Assembly (NCBI GenBank): GCA_963749655.1
Contig: CAVVOB010000018.1
Location: 128,001 to 192,000 of the forward strand
Length of the DNA: 64,000 bases
Source: Nitrospirota bacterium
Lineage (GTDB): Bacteria; Nitrospirota; UBA9217
Direction of reading: 5' to 3'
Below the pieces are notes generated by a model. That model saw only the letters and a list, made by a program, of their open reading frames with translations. It was not told the origin of the DNA and did not search any database. Each line of letters opens with the position of its first letter. The stretch's first letter is position 1. Below, piece by piece: positions 29,221 to 40,328 of the stretch. Position numbers and translations under genes: made by a program.

Positions 29221-32200
29221 ATGTATCTTCGTCGAAGGGTAGCAGTACTTCTTGTTCTCTGCACTGCCATGCTAGTCTCCTGCGGTACCAATCCCAGCAC
29301 GAATAAATCCGGAGCCCCGCTCACCAGCATCGAGGTAATGCCCACAACACCTTCCATAGCCAAGGGCACGACCCAGACATTCACAGCAACCGGCCGGTAC
29401 TCAGACAATACCAGCGCGGACATAACCGGCAAGGTCCAATGGAATTCGTCCGATACTACCGTCGCCGCCGTCGACAGCAACGGCACTGCGCTGGGATCGA
29501 ATCCCGGCGCTGCAAGCATCCAGGCGCAGGTCGGGGAGATCACCGGAACCACGGTCCTGACCGTGACGGATGCGGCGCTCCGGTCCATTGAGGTAACGCC
29601 GACCAACCCGAGCATTGTAGCAGGAACCACCCGGCAATTTACTGCATCCGGAGTGTTCTCGGATAATTCCACCCAGGATGTGACAGCATCAGTGACCTGG
29701 AGTTCTTCGTCACGGTCAATCGCGACAATCAGCAATACGGCTGGATCGAATGGCATGGCAACATCGCTTGATTCAGGGACAACGATGGTAACGGCCAACT
29801 CAGGAAATATTTCAGGCTCTACCACGTTGACAGTAACATCAGCAGCACTCGTTTCAGTGGCAGTCGCGCCGACAAATCCCAGCATTGTCGCGGGGACCGA
29901 TCAGCAGTTCAGCGCTACCGGCACCTTTTCCAACAATGCGACCCAGGACCTGACCTCAGCAGCATCCTGGGAATCGTCGGCCACGTCGATAGCCACCATC
30001 GGCAATAGTGCAGGATCAAAGGGCAAGGCATCCGCTCTTGCTGCAGGCACAGCATCGATAACGGCCGTCTTCAGCGCGATATCGGGTTCTACTACCTTGA
30101 CCGTCACTCCCGCGACACTCGAATCTATAGAAATAACGCCGAAGGGTCCCGATATCGCCATAGGTACGACCCAGCAATTCACGGCAAAAGGGCGTTATTC
30201 CGACAACACGACCCAGGACCTTACCGCACCAGTGGTCTGGGATTCATCAGACTCCCTTGTCGCTACGATCAGCAATGCCGATGGAACGAAAGGCAAGGCC
30301 TATTCCGTCACTACGGGGACGACAATGATTACGGCAATATCGGGTACGGTTTCCGACTCAACAACCCTGACCATCTCTCCAGTAAGGCTTTCTTCGATCG
30401 ACATTGCGCCTGCTGATCCTAGCATTGCCCTGGGAACGACTCAGCAGTTCACTGCAACCGGCACCTACACCAATGCCTCGACGCAAGACCTAACTACGTC
30501 CGTCACCTGGAGTTCTTCGTCCATGACTGTTGCAGCCATCAGCAATGCCGCCGGTTCACGAGGTCTGGCAACCCCTATTGGTACCGGCACAACGACCATA
30601 ACGGCAATATCCGACATCGTATCCCGCTCCACGACATTAACGGTAACGCCTGCAACGCTGATATCAATCGACATCTCTCCGGCCGACACGACCATTGCCC
30701 CGGGAAAGACCCGGCAGTTTATTGCTACCGGAACATATTCAAATGCAACAGCTCAGGATATTTCATCACTGGTAACCTGGAGTTCTTCCGCTTCTGCGAT
30801 CGCTACTATCAGCAATGCAGATGGCTCGCGAGGCCTTGCAACACCTGTTTCCGCCGGGACAACGACGATTTCGGCTATATCAGGAGGCATATCAAAATCG
30901 ACCACGCTGACCGTTCTTCACTTAATAGGAGGGTCACTGCAAGGCAACGATCTGAGCCTTACCGGGGAGGTCACTACAGTTGCGGGAATAAGACAATGGG
31001 CGGACGGCCTTGGCTCTGCCGCGATTTTCAATCATCCTGTTGGGATCACCTCCGACGGCACATATCTCTATGTTGCCGATACCAACAACAGCGCAATCCG
31101 GAAGGTCTACATTACCACAGGAAATGTTACGACGCTCGCGGGCAATGCTGGGATCAGCGGTTCTACTGACGGCACCGGAACTGCCGCGACATTCAGATAT
31201 CCCCGCGGAATCACAACAGACGGGACCTATCTGTACGTTGCCGACACAGAAGCGTTGACCATACGCAAAATAGCAATTACAACAGGCGCTGTCACAAAAA
31301 TTGCTGGAATGCCGGGCACAATAGCTCCATTTTTCCGGCCCGGCAGTGTCACTCTAACCGGCGGATATCTCTATGTTGCCGACACGAATAACAACGTCAT
31401 CCGGAAGCTGGACACGTCCGGCGGTTATTATCCTACCTTGGACGGCCTATTTGCCGGAGCAACACTCATGGCTGGATTGTCTGATGGGACTGCGGCTGAT
31501 GCACGGTTCAACGGACCGTCAGGCATTACTACTGATGGCACGTATCTCTTCGCCTCAGATACGGGCAACAATACAATCCGCAAAATCAGGATTGACACAG
31601 GAGATGTCACCACCATCGCCGGTACTGCAGGCAGCTCCGGATCAATCGATGCAACAGGTTCTGCAGCGCGATTCAACGGACCGACAGGTATTGCTACCGA
31701 CGGCACTAATCTCTATGTCACGGATACGGGCAACAACATCATCCGAAAAATCGTAATAGCTACCGGGGCTGTTACAACGATCGCCGGTACCACAGGCTCA
31801 TCAGGTTCAACAGATGCCTCCGGAGTTGATGCCAGGTTCACCGCGCAGGCAGTCCGGGACTCTCCGGTTCGCTTGACGGTACAGGATCCGCAGCCCGATT
31901 CAACGGTCCACGGGGCATTACAACGGACGGTGTGAACATCTATGTATCCGATATGGGCAACTATACTGTCCGTAAAATCGTCATTTCCACAGGAGAGGTA
32001 ACGACACTGGCAGGAACAGCAGGCACCCAGGGTTCGGTTGACGGCACTGGTTCCGAAGCACAGTTCAAATCACCAACTGCCATAACGACAAATGGCACGT
32101 CGCTTTTCCTGACCGATTCGGACAATCATACCATCAGGAAGATCGTTATCTCCACCGCCGCTGTGACAACTTTTGCCGGAACCGCGGGAGTAATGGGAAC

Positions 32201-32648
32201 AGCTGACGGCATAGGAACGGCAGCTTCTTTTTACTGTCCCCAGGGGATCACGACAGATGGCACGAACCTTTACGTTGTGGATTCCTACAACAATTCAATT
32301 CGCAAGATCGTCATTTCCACCGGCGACGTAACGACGCTCGCAGGAACATCTTGCTTTTATTGCTACGGATCAGCTGACGGCTTCGGCTCTGCAGCAGGCT
32401 TCAGCTGGCCCTATGGCGTCACCACGGATGGATCAAACCTTTACGTCACCGATTCCACCTATGCCATTCGCAAAATCGTTTTATCTACCAGAGAAGTCAC
32501 GACACTCGCGAGCCTGGCCGGTACCGTCGGACAGATTGACGGCGTTGGTTCAAACGCAAGGTTCCAGCGGCCCTATGGCATCACCACCGATGGAGTAAGC
32601 GTTTACGTAGCGGATACGTATAACAACACTATTCGGAGAATTCAGTAA
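29221..32648 (+). CDS. Lipoprotein with 6 Ig-like (Big_2) domains + NHL beta-propellers; out-of-frame deletion near 31840
   Basis: Lipobox MLVSC; six SIE(V/I)TP...GTTQQFTATG-like units; 10 intact NHL blades (PxGITTDGTNLYVAD) split across two frames. Confidence 0.85.
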
Positions 32649-32671
32649 TTCGATATTCTAAGGAGCCTATC

Positions 32672-35062
32672 ATGCATATTTGCCGAAGCTTGACAGTTTT
32701 GTTCATTCTTTTTGCGGTCACTCTCGTTTCCTGCGGCAACGGCGCGGGTACGAAACCGGAAGGCGGACCCGGCTCGAACGCCAGTATCATGATAACGCCG
32801 ACCACCCCTTCACTGGAAAAAGGGACAACTCAGCAGTTCACAGCAACAGCCATCTACTCGGACAACACGACCCAGGACGTAACGACCCTCGTGACATGGA
32901 GCTCTTCATCCACCGCTGTTGCCACGATCAGTAATGACGCGGATACGAAGGGAAGGGTATCCGCCGTTGCTGTGGGAACGACGACGATATCGGCAACCTC
33001 GGACTCCATTTCAGGTTCGGCTGTCATTTCAAATGCGACTGTTCTTACTGTTGCGCCGAATCAAATGGGAGGATCGCTGCAAGGAAAGAATCTAGAGCTG
33101 ACCACTGCTGTGACAACATTAGCCGGCGTTGCCCCGGGCTCTACTGACGGGACAGGAACAGCGGCGCGCTTCTTCTATCCCTCAGGCGTCACGAGTGACG
33201 GGACCAATCTGTATTCAATAGATGCAAATGGTTCCATTAGAAAGATCGTCATTGCAACAGGCGAGGTCACGACATTGGGCGGAACACCGGTGACCCCGGG
33301 ATTGAACCAGGGAGGAAATCTTAGCTGGTATTATATCCCTCCTCATGGGATCACTACCATCGGCACGAACCTGTATGTTGCAAGCTTTTTCAATATCATT
33401 CAAAAAGTCGATTTGACAACAGGAATGACCACAACTCTGGCAGGCTCGATGGGTATGCAGGGAACTGCTGACGGCACCGGCCCGGACGCCCGATTCTGGT
33501 ATCCTACAGGGATCACAAACGATGGTACGAATCTGTATGTTACCGATAAAGGCAATAACAGACTGCGGAAGATCGTCATCGCCACAGGAGAGGTGACAAC
33601 ACTTGCAAATGATGGCACGTGGGGCTCTTCCGGCACCCTAACTGCTGCCACGTTAGGTTCACCGACGGGCATAACTATTAATACGGATAAAACGAATCTT
33701 TTTGTCGTCGAATACGATAAAAACATAATTAGCAGGGTTGTTATTTCTACAGGAGCTGTATCGACAGTAGCCGGGACATCCTGGATGTCGGGAGCCACTG
33801 ATGGCACAGGCTCGGACGCGAGATTCATGTGGCCGACCGGCATAACCGCAGACAACGCCAACCTCTACGTTGCCGACAGCGGCAACAGAACCATCCGCAA
33901 GATCGTCATTTCGACAGGAGAGGTTACGACGCTGGCAGGGACGGTCGGGACAATCGGATCGCTTGACGGAATAGGGACACAAGCCCAATTTGCCAATCCC
34001 TTCGGCATGTACAGCGACGGCACGAATTTGTATGTATCCGACAAAGGAAACTGTACTATCAGAAAGATTGTGATCTCTACCGGTGAGGTATCGACCGTAG
34101 CCGGCACATCCACTCAGGGGTCCTCCGATGGCGTCGGCGCGGCAGCAAGGTTCTTCGAACCGGAGGGTATCACGACCGACGGGTCCAGTCTTTACGTCGC
34201 AGATTATAAGAACCACATCATCAGGGAAATTATAACTGCAACTGGGCAGGTCATAACCCTGGCAGGTTCTGCAGGACAATCCGGCTCATCTGACGCCATC
34301 GGAGCATCTGCACGCTTCAACAATCCCGTTGGGATCACCACGGATGGTGCCAACCTTTACGTTGCCGACACGGGGAACAATACCATCCGCAAGATCGTCA
34401 TAGCTTCTGGCGACGTCACGACCCTTGCAGGGACTGCGCTATCTTCCGGATCAACGGACAGCACGGGGACGAATGCCCGTTTCAATTCACCGGCAGGCAT
34501 TACCACTGATGGAATCAATCTTTATATCTCGGATATGGGGAACCACACGATCCGCAAAGTCGTAATTGCGACAGCAGAGGTCACGACTTTAGCCGGATCC
34601 GCAAGTTTTTCCGGTACCATTGACGCAACGGGAGCAGACGCCAGATTCAACTACCCTTACGGCATCACTACCGACGGTACAAATTTGTACATCGCAGACT
34701 GGGGGAACCACTCCATCCGGAAAATCGTCATTGCATCGGGTGATGTAAGTACTCTGGCGGGGGTGACGGGTACACTCGGCTATGCAGAAGGTGTGGGAAG
34801 TTCTGCACGGTTCAGCAGCCCTTCGGGGATAACGACGGACGGGTCAAGCCTCTACATTGCCGACAGCGGGAATGCGCTTGTCAGAAAACTCACTCTTTCA
34901 ACAAATGAAGTCACGACCCTGGCCGGCACGCTATATTACGAAGGCGCACAGGACGGGACCGGCGCCTCAGCCATGTTCAATGTCCCCAGAGGCATAACTA
35001 CTGACGGGATCAGCCTCTATATCGCAGACTCTTACAACAACACAATCCGCAAAATCCAGTAG
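32672..35062 (+). CDS. Lipoprotein with 1 Big_2 domain + 12 NHL blades (double six-bladed propeller)
   Basis: Lipobox TLVSC; 12 repeats of RFxxPxGITTDGxNLY(V/I)xDxxNxTIRK counted. Confidence 0.9.
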   Translation: MHICRSLTVLFILFAVTLVSCGNGAGTKPEGGPGSNASIMITPTTPSLEKGTTQQFTATAIYSDNTTQDVTTLVTWSSSSTAVATISNDADTKGRVSAVAVGTTTISATSDSISGSAVISNATVLTVAPNQMGGSLQGKNLELTTAVTTLAGVAPGSTDGTGTAARFFYPSGVTSDGTNLYSIDANGSIRKIVIATGEVTTLGGTPVTPGLNQGGNLSWYYIPPHGITTIGTNLYVASFFNIIQKVDLTTGMTTTLAGSMGMQGTADGTGPDARFWYPTGITNDGTNLYVTDKGNNRLRKIVIATGEVTTLANDGTWGSSGTLTAATLGSPTGITINTDKTNLFVVEYDKNIISRVVISTGAVSTVAGTSWMSGATDGTGSDARFMWPTGITADNANLYVADSGNRTIRKIVISTGEVTTLAGTVGTIGSLDGIGTQAQFANPFGMYSDGTNLYVSDKGNCTIRKIVISTGEVSTVAGTSTQGSSDGVGAAARFFEPEGITTDGSSLYVADYKNHIIREIITATGQVITLAGSAGQSGSSDAIGASARFNNPVGITTDGANLYVADTGNNTIRKIVIASGDVTTLAGTALSSGSTDSTGTNARFNSPAGITTDGINLYISDMGNHTIRKVVIATAEVTTLAGSASFSGTIDATGADARFNYPYGITTDGTNLYIADWGNHSIRKIVIASGDVSTLAGVTGTLGYAEGVGSSARFSSPSGITTDGSSLYIADSGNALVRKLTLSTNEVTTLAGTLYYEGAQDGTGASAMFNVPRGITTDGISLYIADSYNNTIRKIQ

Positions 35063-35072
35063 GCTCTGAAAA

Positions 35073-35103
35073 AGAGCAGGCGAATCAGCCTGCTCTCCTT
35101 TTT
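35073..35103 (+). terminator. Rho-independent terminator
   Basis: AGAGCAGGC / GCCTGCTCT stem with a downstream T-run. Confidence 0.7.
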
Positions 35104-35153
35104 CCCCTTCACTTCCCTGTCGTTTCTGTTATAATGCCCCCGAGGTAAAACCT

Positions 35154-35435
35154 ATGCGCCTATCCAGGGAAATGATCAAACATCTCGCCGACACCATCGC
35201 CTCGAACCTTGAGACCAAGGGGCTGGTCGAGTACGACGTGCCGAAGACCGCCATCAGCGACAAGATCGTCGAGGTGATCACCGCGGACATGGCGGCCGAG
35301 GAAAAGTTGAACAAGGACGTGGAGAAGATCCTTTCGGCCCACGAGGCCGAGATCGCCAAGGAAAACATGGATTACCGCAAGGTGTTCGAGCTGACGAAAC
35401 AGAAGCTGGCGAAGGAGCGGGGGATCGTTCTCTGA
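35154..35435 (+). CDS. DUF507 family protein
   Basis: MRLSREMIKHLA ... DYRKVFELTKQKLAKERGIVL. Confidence 0.8.
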   Translation: MRLSREMIKHLADTIASNLETKGLVEYDVPKTAISDKIVEVITADMAAEEKLNKDVEKILSAHEAEIAKENMDYRKVFELTKQKLAKERGIVL

Positions 35436-35553
35436 AATGCGGAATCGAAAAGCAAGGGTCCAGTAGCCGGTAGTAAGGGGCCAGGAGTGCAATTGCGGAA
35501 GACTGACCTAGCTGATAGCTGACCGCTGATTTTTTTAAAGGAAATTAACCACC

Positions 35554-35832
35554 ATGCGCTTAAGCGAAGACCGGATATCCCATATTTCCCACCTGATCCT
35601 GGACAAGATCGTCCAGGACCGGCATGTCGACGTCATCCAGGCGGAAGAGCGGCTGCTGCGCGAGATCAAAAAGACCATCACCGACGAATTCAAGTTCGAA
35701 GACGAGGCGGACGAGGCGGCGCGCCGCACCATCCAGTCCCTGTCTCGCAGGGTGCCCGAAGGCAGCCGGGAGTGGGATGTTCTGTATCGCAAGTATTTCG
35801 AGGAAGAGATGAACAGGAGAAGAAAGGTTTGA
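35554..35832 (+). CDS. DUF507 family protein (second of the pair)
   Basis: MRLSEDRISHISH ... VPEGSREWDVLYRKYFEEE. Confidence 0.8.
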   Translation: MRLSEDRISHISHLILDKIVQDRHVDVIQAEERLLREIKKTITDEFKFEDEADEAARRTIQSLSRRVPEGSREWDVLYRKYFEEEMNRRRKV

Positions 35833-38030
35833 AAAGAATCATCGTCTCCGGCCTTCTCGTTCTGTACTGCGTGATCGCCGGCTTGGGATGGTTTCTCAGG
35901 CCGAACCCGACCAACCTTCTTCTGTTCTCCTGGCTGACGGGATACCTCATCCTCGCCTTCAGCACAGGCTACTCCGCTTACCTTTCGAAAACCCCTTTCG
36001 ACTCCTTTCCCTTCATCGTCCTCGGCATTATTCTGATGAATTTTTTTGTGCAGACCACGGGCGGCGTCCATTCCTTCCTGTGGCCGGCCTACTTCCCCGT
36101 CGCCGCGGTCATCGCCATCCTTTCGCCGCTCTGGAGGACGCTGTCGGCGACGGCCCTCATCCTGGCCATTGAGGCGGCAAACCTGTTTCTGTCCGGCCAG
36201 GCGGATCCGGACAAGACGCTCCTCTATGCCGGCTCCGCCCTTTCCCTGGTGATTGTCCCGGCGGTCATCTCCCGCAGCATCCGCCGCACGAGGGGAGAGA
36301 AGGAGCAGGTTAAGCAGGAGCTGGAGAAGCTCATCGAACATGCCGATGCCATCGACCCCCTGGCGCAGGGCGACACGATCGACGCGTTGAACGAAAAGAA
36401 CCAGCTCGCCTCGAATGTGAAAGCAGCCCGGAACCGCGAAGAGGCCTTTGACGGGCTCCTGGAAATGATCTACGGGTTCGTGCCCGCCCATACCTACGCG
36501 CTGTTCCTCAAGGAGCGCATCGGAGCGAAGAAGCCTTCGTCCTCAGGGCGCGCCGGAGCGACGCCGACGCCCGGTTTCTGGCGCCCGTCGGCGAAATCCT
36601 CCGGCCGGACAAGGACAACGGGATCATTAGCGGGCTGCACAAAGTACACTCAGCCCCAGTGCCTGTCCAACATGGACCACGCCGGCGGCACTCTCGGGCT
36701 ACTACACGAAGACCATGCCTGTCAAATCCATTCTTGCCATTCCCATCGTGCAGAACAGTGAAAATATCGGCGTGCTCGTGGTCGACAGCCTCGAAGGCGG
36801 CGCCTTTTCCCTCGATACCCAGGACATGCTCGTGCGGTTTTCGCCCTTCTTCATCCAGATCATCGAAAAGATCCGGGTGTCCCAGGAGCTCAATTTCCGG
36901 GCAATGACCTTTGCCGCAATGCACGAAATGAGCGCTGTTCTGAACAGCAGCCTGGAACTCAACGACATTCTGGAGCGTCTGGCGAGGGAGATCAACGTCA
37001 TTGTGCCCCACGATTTCTGCGTCTTCGCGCTTTACGAGGAAAAGACCGGTCCGTGGCGGTCGTCCACCAGAGCGGCGCCGTGACCTTCGCGATGCCGACC
37101 CGTCCCTGTTCAAAGGATCACGTCGCCTTCCTCGCAGGCCGGCGAAGAAAAGAACGGGGACGGAGACAAGACACTTCCCCCTCGAAGCAGGGCACGCTCA
37201 TCAACCAGATGCTGCATCAGTGGGAGCAGCGGCAATCCGCGCCTTATCACTTCTTCGATCTCGGCGAACGCAAGGTGATCGGACTGCTGGACACGACCAC
37301 CGGACTCACCCGGCAGCTCCGGTCGCTCTCCTGCTGGCCCCTTGCCACGGGCGAGAAATTCATCGGCGCTTTTTTCCTGGGATCCCTGCAGGCCAACGCC
37401 TTCTCGGAATTCCACCGCAATTTTCTCGACACCCTGATGAACCAGGTCGCCCTGGTCATGGACAATGCCATCCTGCACAAGCAGATCAGCAACCTGGCCC
37501 GGACCGACGGCCTGACCGGCCTTCTGAACCACCGGACCTTCATGGAAAAGCTTGACGAGGAATACAAGCGGCTCGACCGCGAACCCCGGCCTTTCTCCAT
37601 CCTGCTCATGGACATCGACAACTTCAAGAGGGTGAACGACAAGTACGGCCATCCCGTGGGGGACGTGGCGATCAAGACCATCGCAAAGGTGCTCCACGAA
37701 ACAGGCGCGCAGCATCGACTTTGTGGCGCGCTACGGAGGCGAAGAGTTCGCCGTGGGCATGGTGGACACCGACAGCGGAAGGCGCCCGGGTGATGGCGGA
37801 GCGCATCCGATCAAGTCGTGGAGAAAACCATCGTTACCGCGTATCGGACGGCAGCTCCGGATCACCGTCAGCATCGGCATCAGCTCGTCTTCCGGGGGTG
37901 GAGACAGAAGGACACCGCCGATCTCGTCACCCTGGCGGACAAGGCGCTCTACCAGGCAAAGCACGACGGAAGGAACCGCGTCTGCCGGTACAGGGACATC
38001 AAGGACCGGGAAGCGGCCCCGGCTTCGTAA
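35829..38030 (+). CDS. Membrane-bound GAF-GAF-GGDEF diguanylate cyclase, split by several frameshifts
   Basis: N-terminal TM helices; GAF-like VKSILAIPIV; TDGLTGLLNHR, DIDNFKRVNDKYGHPVGD, RYGGEEF, ADKALYQAKHDGRNRV in successive frames. Confidence 0.8.
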
Positions 38031-38224
38031 AACAGCCGGACCCCGCGTCCCCGGCGGAAAATACTTTTTTCGAACACTCAGACGTCAAACCTTGCAGAAA
38101 AGGGAAATCCGGAAAAACGGAGAAACGACATTGTTCGTCAGAAGTATCGAATTCTCTATTTCGCGAAGTTCCCCCATTTCTCCGCAGTGATTCGTTTCGA
38201 CCCTGTGTAGATACCTCTTTTCAA

Positions 38225-38252
38225 TTCAACCTTTTACCCCGGCAGGTGTCTT
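38225..38252 (+). promoter_or_regulatory. Putative ECF-sigma autoregulatory promoter
   Basis: TCAAC-17nt-GTCT spacing typical of ECF promoters, just upstream of the ECF gene. Confidence 0.4.
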
Positions 38253-38275
38253 ATTAACCAGCACACGGCGCCTGT

Positions 38276-38848
38276 ATGGATGAAGACCTCGACCTGATCA
38301 ACAGAACCACGGCAGGCGAGCGGGAAGCATTCGACGAACTGGTGATAAAGTACCAGAAACCGCTCTATTCCTTGCTCTACCGCATGGTGAGCAACCATGA
38401 CGACGCCGCGGATATCCTCCAGAAGACCTTTATCAGGGCCTTCACCGGGCTCGGTTCGTTCGAGCGGCGGTCGTCCTTCAAGACCTGGCTGTACCAGATC
38501 GCGATCAACCTTGCCAAGAACGTATACCGCGACCGGTCCCGGGTCGAGCAGGTGCCGATAGACGATGTCGTCATCAGGAGAGAGCCCCGCACCCTCGAAA
38601 CGATGATCCACAAGGAGAACAGGATGCTCCTGAGGGCCGCCCTGGACTGCCTTCCGGAAAAACAGCGGATCACGCTTCTGCTGCGGGTGCAGGAGGAAAA
38701 AAAGTTCGAAGAGATCGCAGGCATCATGCAATGCTCCGTGGGCACGGCAAAGGCGAATTATCACCACGCCGTCCAGAAGTTGAAGGCAAAGATCCAGGAC
38801 ACGGGCGCGAATACGGCGAAAGAGAAAGAACACTGCGGATCGTCATGA
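38276..38848 (+). CDS. ECF RNA polymerase sigma factor
   Basis: AFDELVIKYQK, DAADILQKTF, FKTWLYQIAIN, EEIAGIMQCSVGTAK. Confidence 0.93.
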   Translation: MDEDLDLINRTTAGEREAFDELVIKYQKPLYSLLYRMVSNHDDAADILQKTFIRAFTGLGSFERRSSFKTWLYQIAINLAKNVYRDRSRVEQVPIDDVVIRREPRTLETMIHKENRMLLRAALDCLPEKQRITLLLRVQEEKKFEEIAGIMQCSVGTAKANYHHAVQKLKAKIQDTGANTAKEKEHCGSS

Positions 38849-38909
38849 TCCTGTTCGCGCTGCCTGCGGAGTACCGGCGGAAGTAAGCCGGTCATACGGA
38901 GAGAAACAG

Positions 38910-39539
38910 ATGAAATCGTGCACAGACAAGGACATGAAAGCACTCCTCCCCGATTATCGGGAAAAGGGAAACGACCATCCTGAACGGGAACGGATCGAAA
39001 AACATCTGGAAGCGTGCGAAGACTGCCGCACAGAGCTTGTCCTGCTCCGTGCCATGGCTGAGGAGCCGGTGCCTGATCCCGGAGATGCTTTCTGGGCTGC
39101 GATGCCGGACCGGATACACCGGCAGGTCCTGCAGCAGAAAGAGACGGGACAGCACCGCGCAATTACATCGGTTCTTCACGGTTTTCTGGTTGCCCGCTGG
39201 GCATGGGCTTCGGCTGCAGCGGTAATGCTCGCAGTCGTAAGCGTGCTCGTTCTGCGGCCTGCGCCGCTGGAGAAAACCCCGCGCATGGCGACGTCGGGAG
39301 ATGCCTCTATCGAGGACACCTTTCCCGAAGGACCGATTGACGTTGACGATTTCGGAAGACGGGAGCTGAGCGCTGCCGACGCCTGGACCGCGGCGCAACT
39401 GTCCGCCCTGGACGCTGAAATGAATGACTCCGTTTTCGTCCGGAACAACGATACTCTTGACGATGAGCTCGACAGACTCGATGCCGCACAGCTGGACCGT
39501 CTGTCGAAAATGCTGAATAAACAGAAACGGGAGGTATGA
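38910..39539 (+). CDS. Zinc-binding (ZAS, zf-HC2) transmembrane anti-sigma factor
   Basis: HLEACEDC motif, single TM, follows the ECF gene. Confidence 0.88.
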   Translation: MKSCTDKDMKALLPDYREKGNDHPERERIEKHLEACEDCRTELVLLRAMAEEPVPDPGDAFWAAMPDRIHRQVLQQKETGQHRAITSVLHGFLVARWAWASAAAVMLAVVSVLVLRPAPLEKTPRMATSGDASIEDTFPEGPIDVDDFGRRELSAADAWTAAQLSALDAEMNDSVFVRNNDTLDDELDRLDAAQLDRLSKMLNKQKREV

Positions 39540-39543
39540 ACTA

Positions 39544-40167
39544 ATGAAAAACACCGGAATCTTGGCTTGCTTCGCCCTGATTGCGCTGATCGCGGGAACG
39601 GCTGCGGCACAAGAGTATCCTCTTTTCGCCGCCGGGGAGAAACCTGACCAGGCGGGCGATATCGGCGATCCGGGCCGTAACGACGGTCGACCTTCGGAAG
39701 AGCAGCGCGAGGAGATCAGAAGGAAAATGCAGGCTGTCCGGATCATGCGCCTGACCGAGGAGCTGAACCTCGATGAAAAAACCGCGGCAAAGTTCATCCC
39801 CGCCATCACGTCCCTGGAACAAAAGCAGAGAAACCTGATGCGCGACAACGAACAGCTGATGCGCGACCTGAGACAGACGCTTGCCGCAAAAACGCCTGAT
39901 CAGGGAAAGATCAGGGCAGCCCTGGACAAGATGTTCCGGAACCACCAGGAAAGAAACAAGCTCCGGGACAAGGAGTTTGAAGCCGCGCGGGAGAGCCTGA
40001 GCGTGGAGCAGCAGGCGCGATACGTCATTTTTCAGCATGACTTCATGCAGGAAATGCGCGGCATGCTGGCGGGCGCCCGCGGCCGGGGCGCAGGACGGGG
40101 CGGGATGGGTCCCGGCGGCCGGGGGATGACGGGCGGACCGCTGCCCGGAGAACCGGGCCAGGATTAA
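39544..40167 (+). CDS. Periplasmic Spy/CpxP-like helical protein
   Basis: Signal peptide, LTEELNLDE, LSVEQQARY, Gly/Met/Arg-rich tail. Confidence 0.75.
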   Translation: MKNTGILACFALIALIAGTAAAQEYPLFAAGEKPDQAGDIGDPGRNDGRPSEEQREEIRRKMQAVRIMRLTEELNLDEKTAAKFIPAITSLEQKQRNLMRDNEQLMRDLRQTLAAKTPDQGKIRAALDKMFRNHQERNKLRDKEFEAARESLSVEQQARYVIFQHDFMQEMRGMLAGARGRGAGRGGMGPGGRGMTGGPLPGEPGQD

Positions 40168-40197
40168 CGGAGAACAAGAATCCCGAACCTGCACCGT

Positions 40198-40233
40198 GAG
40201 CCTGAAGGCGCCTATCCTTCAGGCTTTTTGTTT
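40198..40233 (+). terminator. Rho-independent terminator
   Basis: AGCCTGAAGG / CCTTCAGGCT stem followed by a T-tract. Confidence 0.85.
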
Positions 40234-40266
40234 TCCTCCGATGAAGCCCCTACCCTGCTCTTCATG

Positions 40267-40296
40267 TTGACAAACAGCCTGCCCAGCCCGTATAAT
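40267..40296 (+). promoter_or_regulatory. sigma70 promoter
   Basis: TTGACA-18nt-TATAAT. Confidence 0.7.
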
Positions 40297-40328
40297 CCGT
40301 GACACTGTTACGAGAAAGGTATCCCTTC

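Noticed and set aside
29221-35062. Diversity-generating retroelement targets
   Set aside because: No reverse transcriptase and no template/variable repeat pair differing only at adenines in the window
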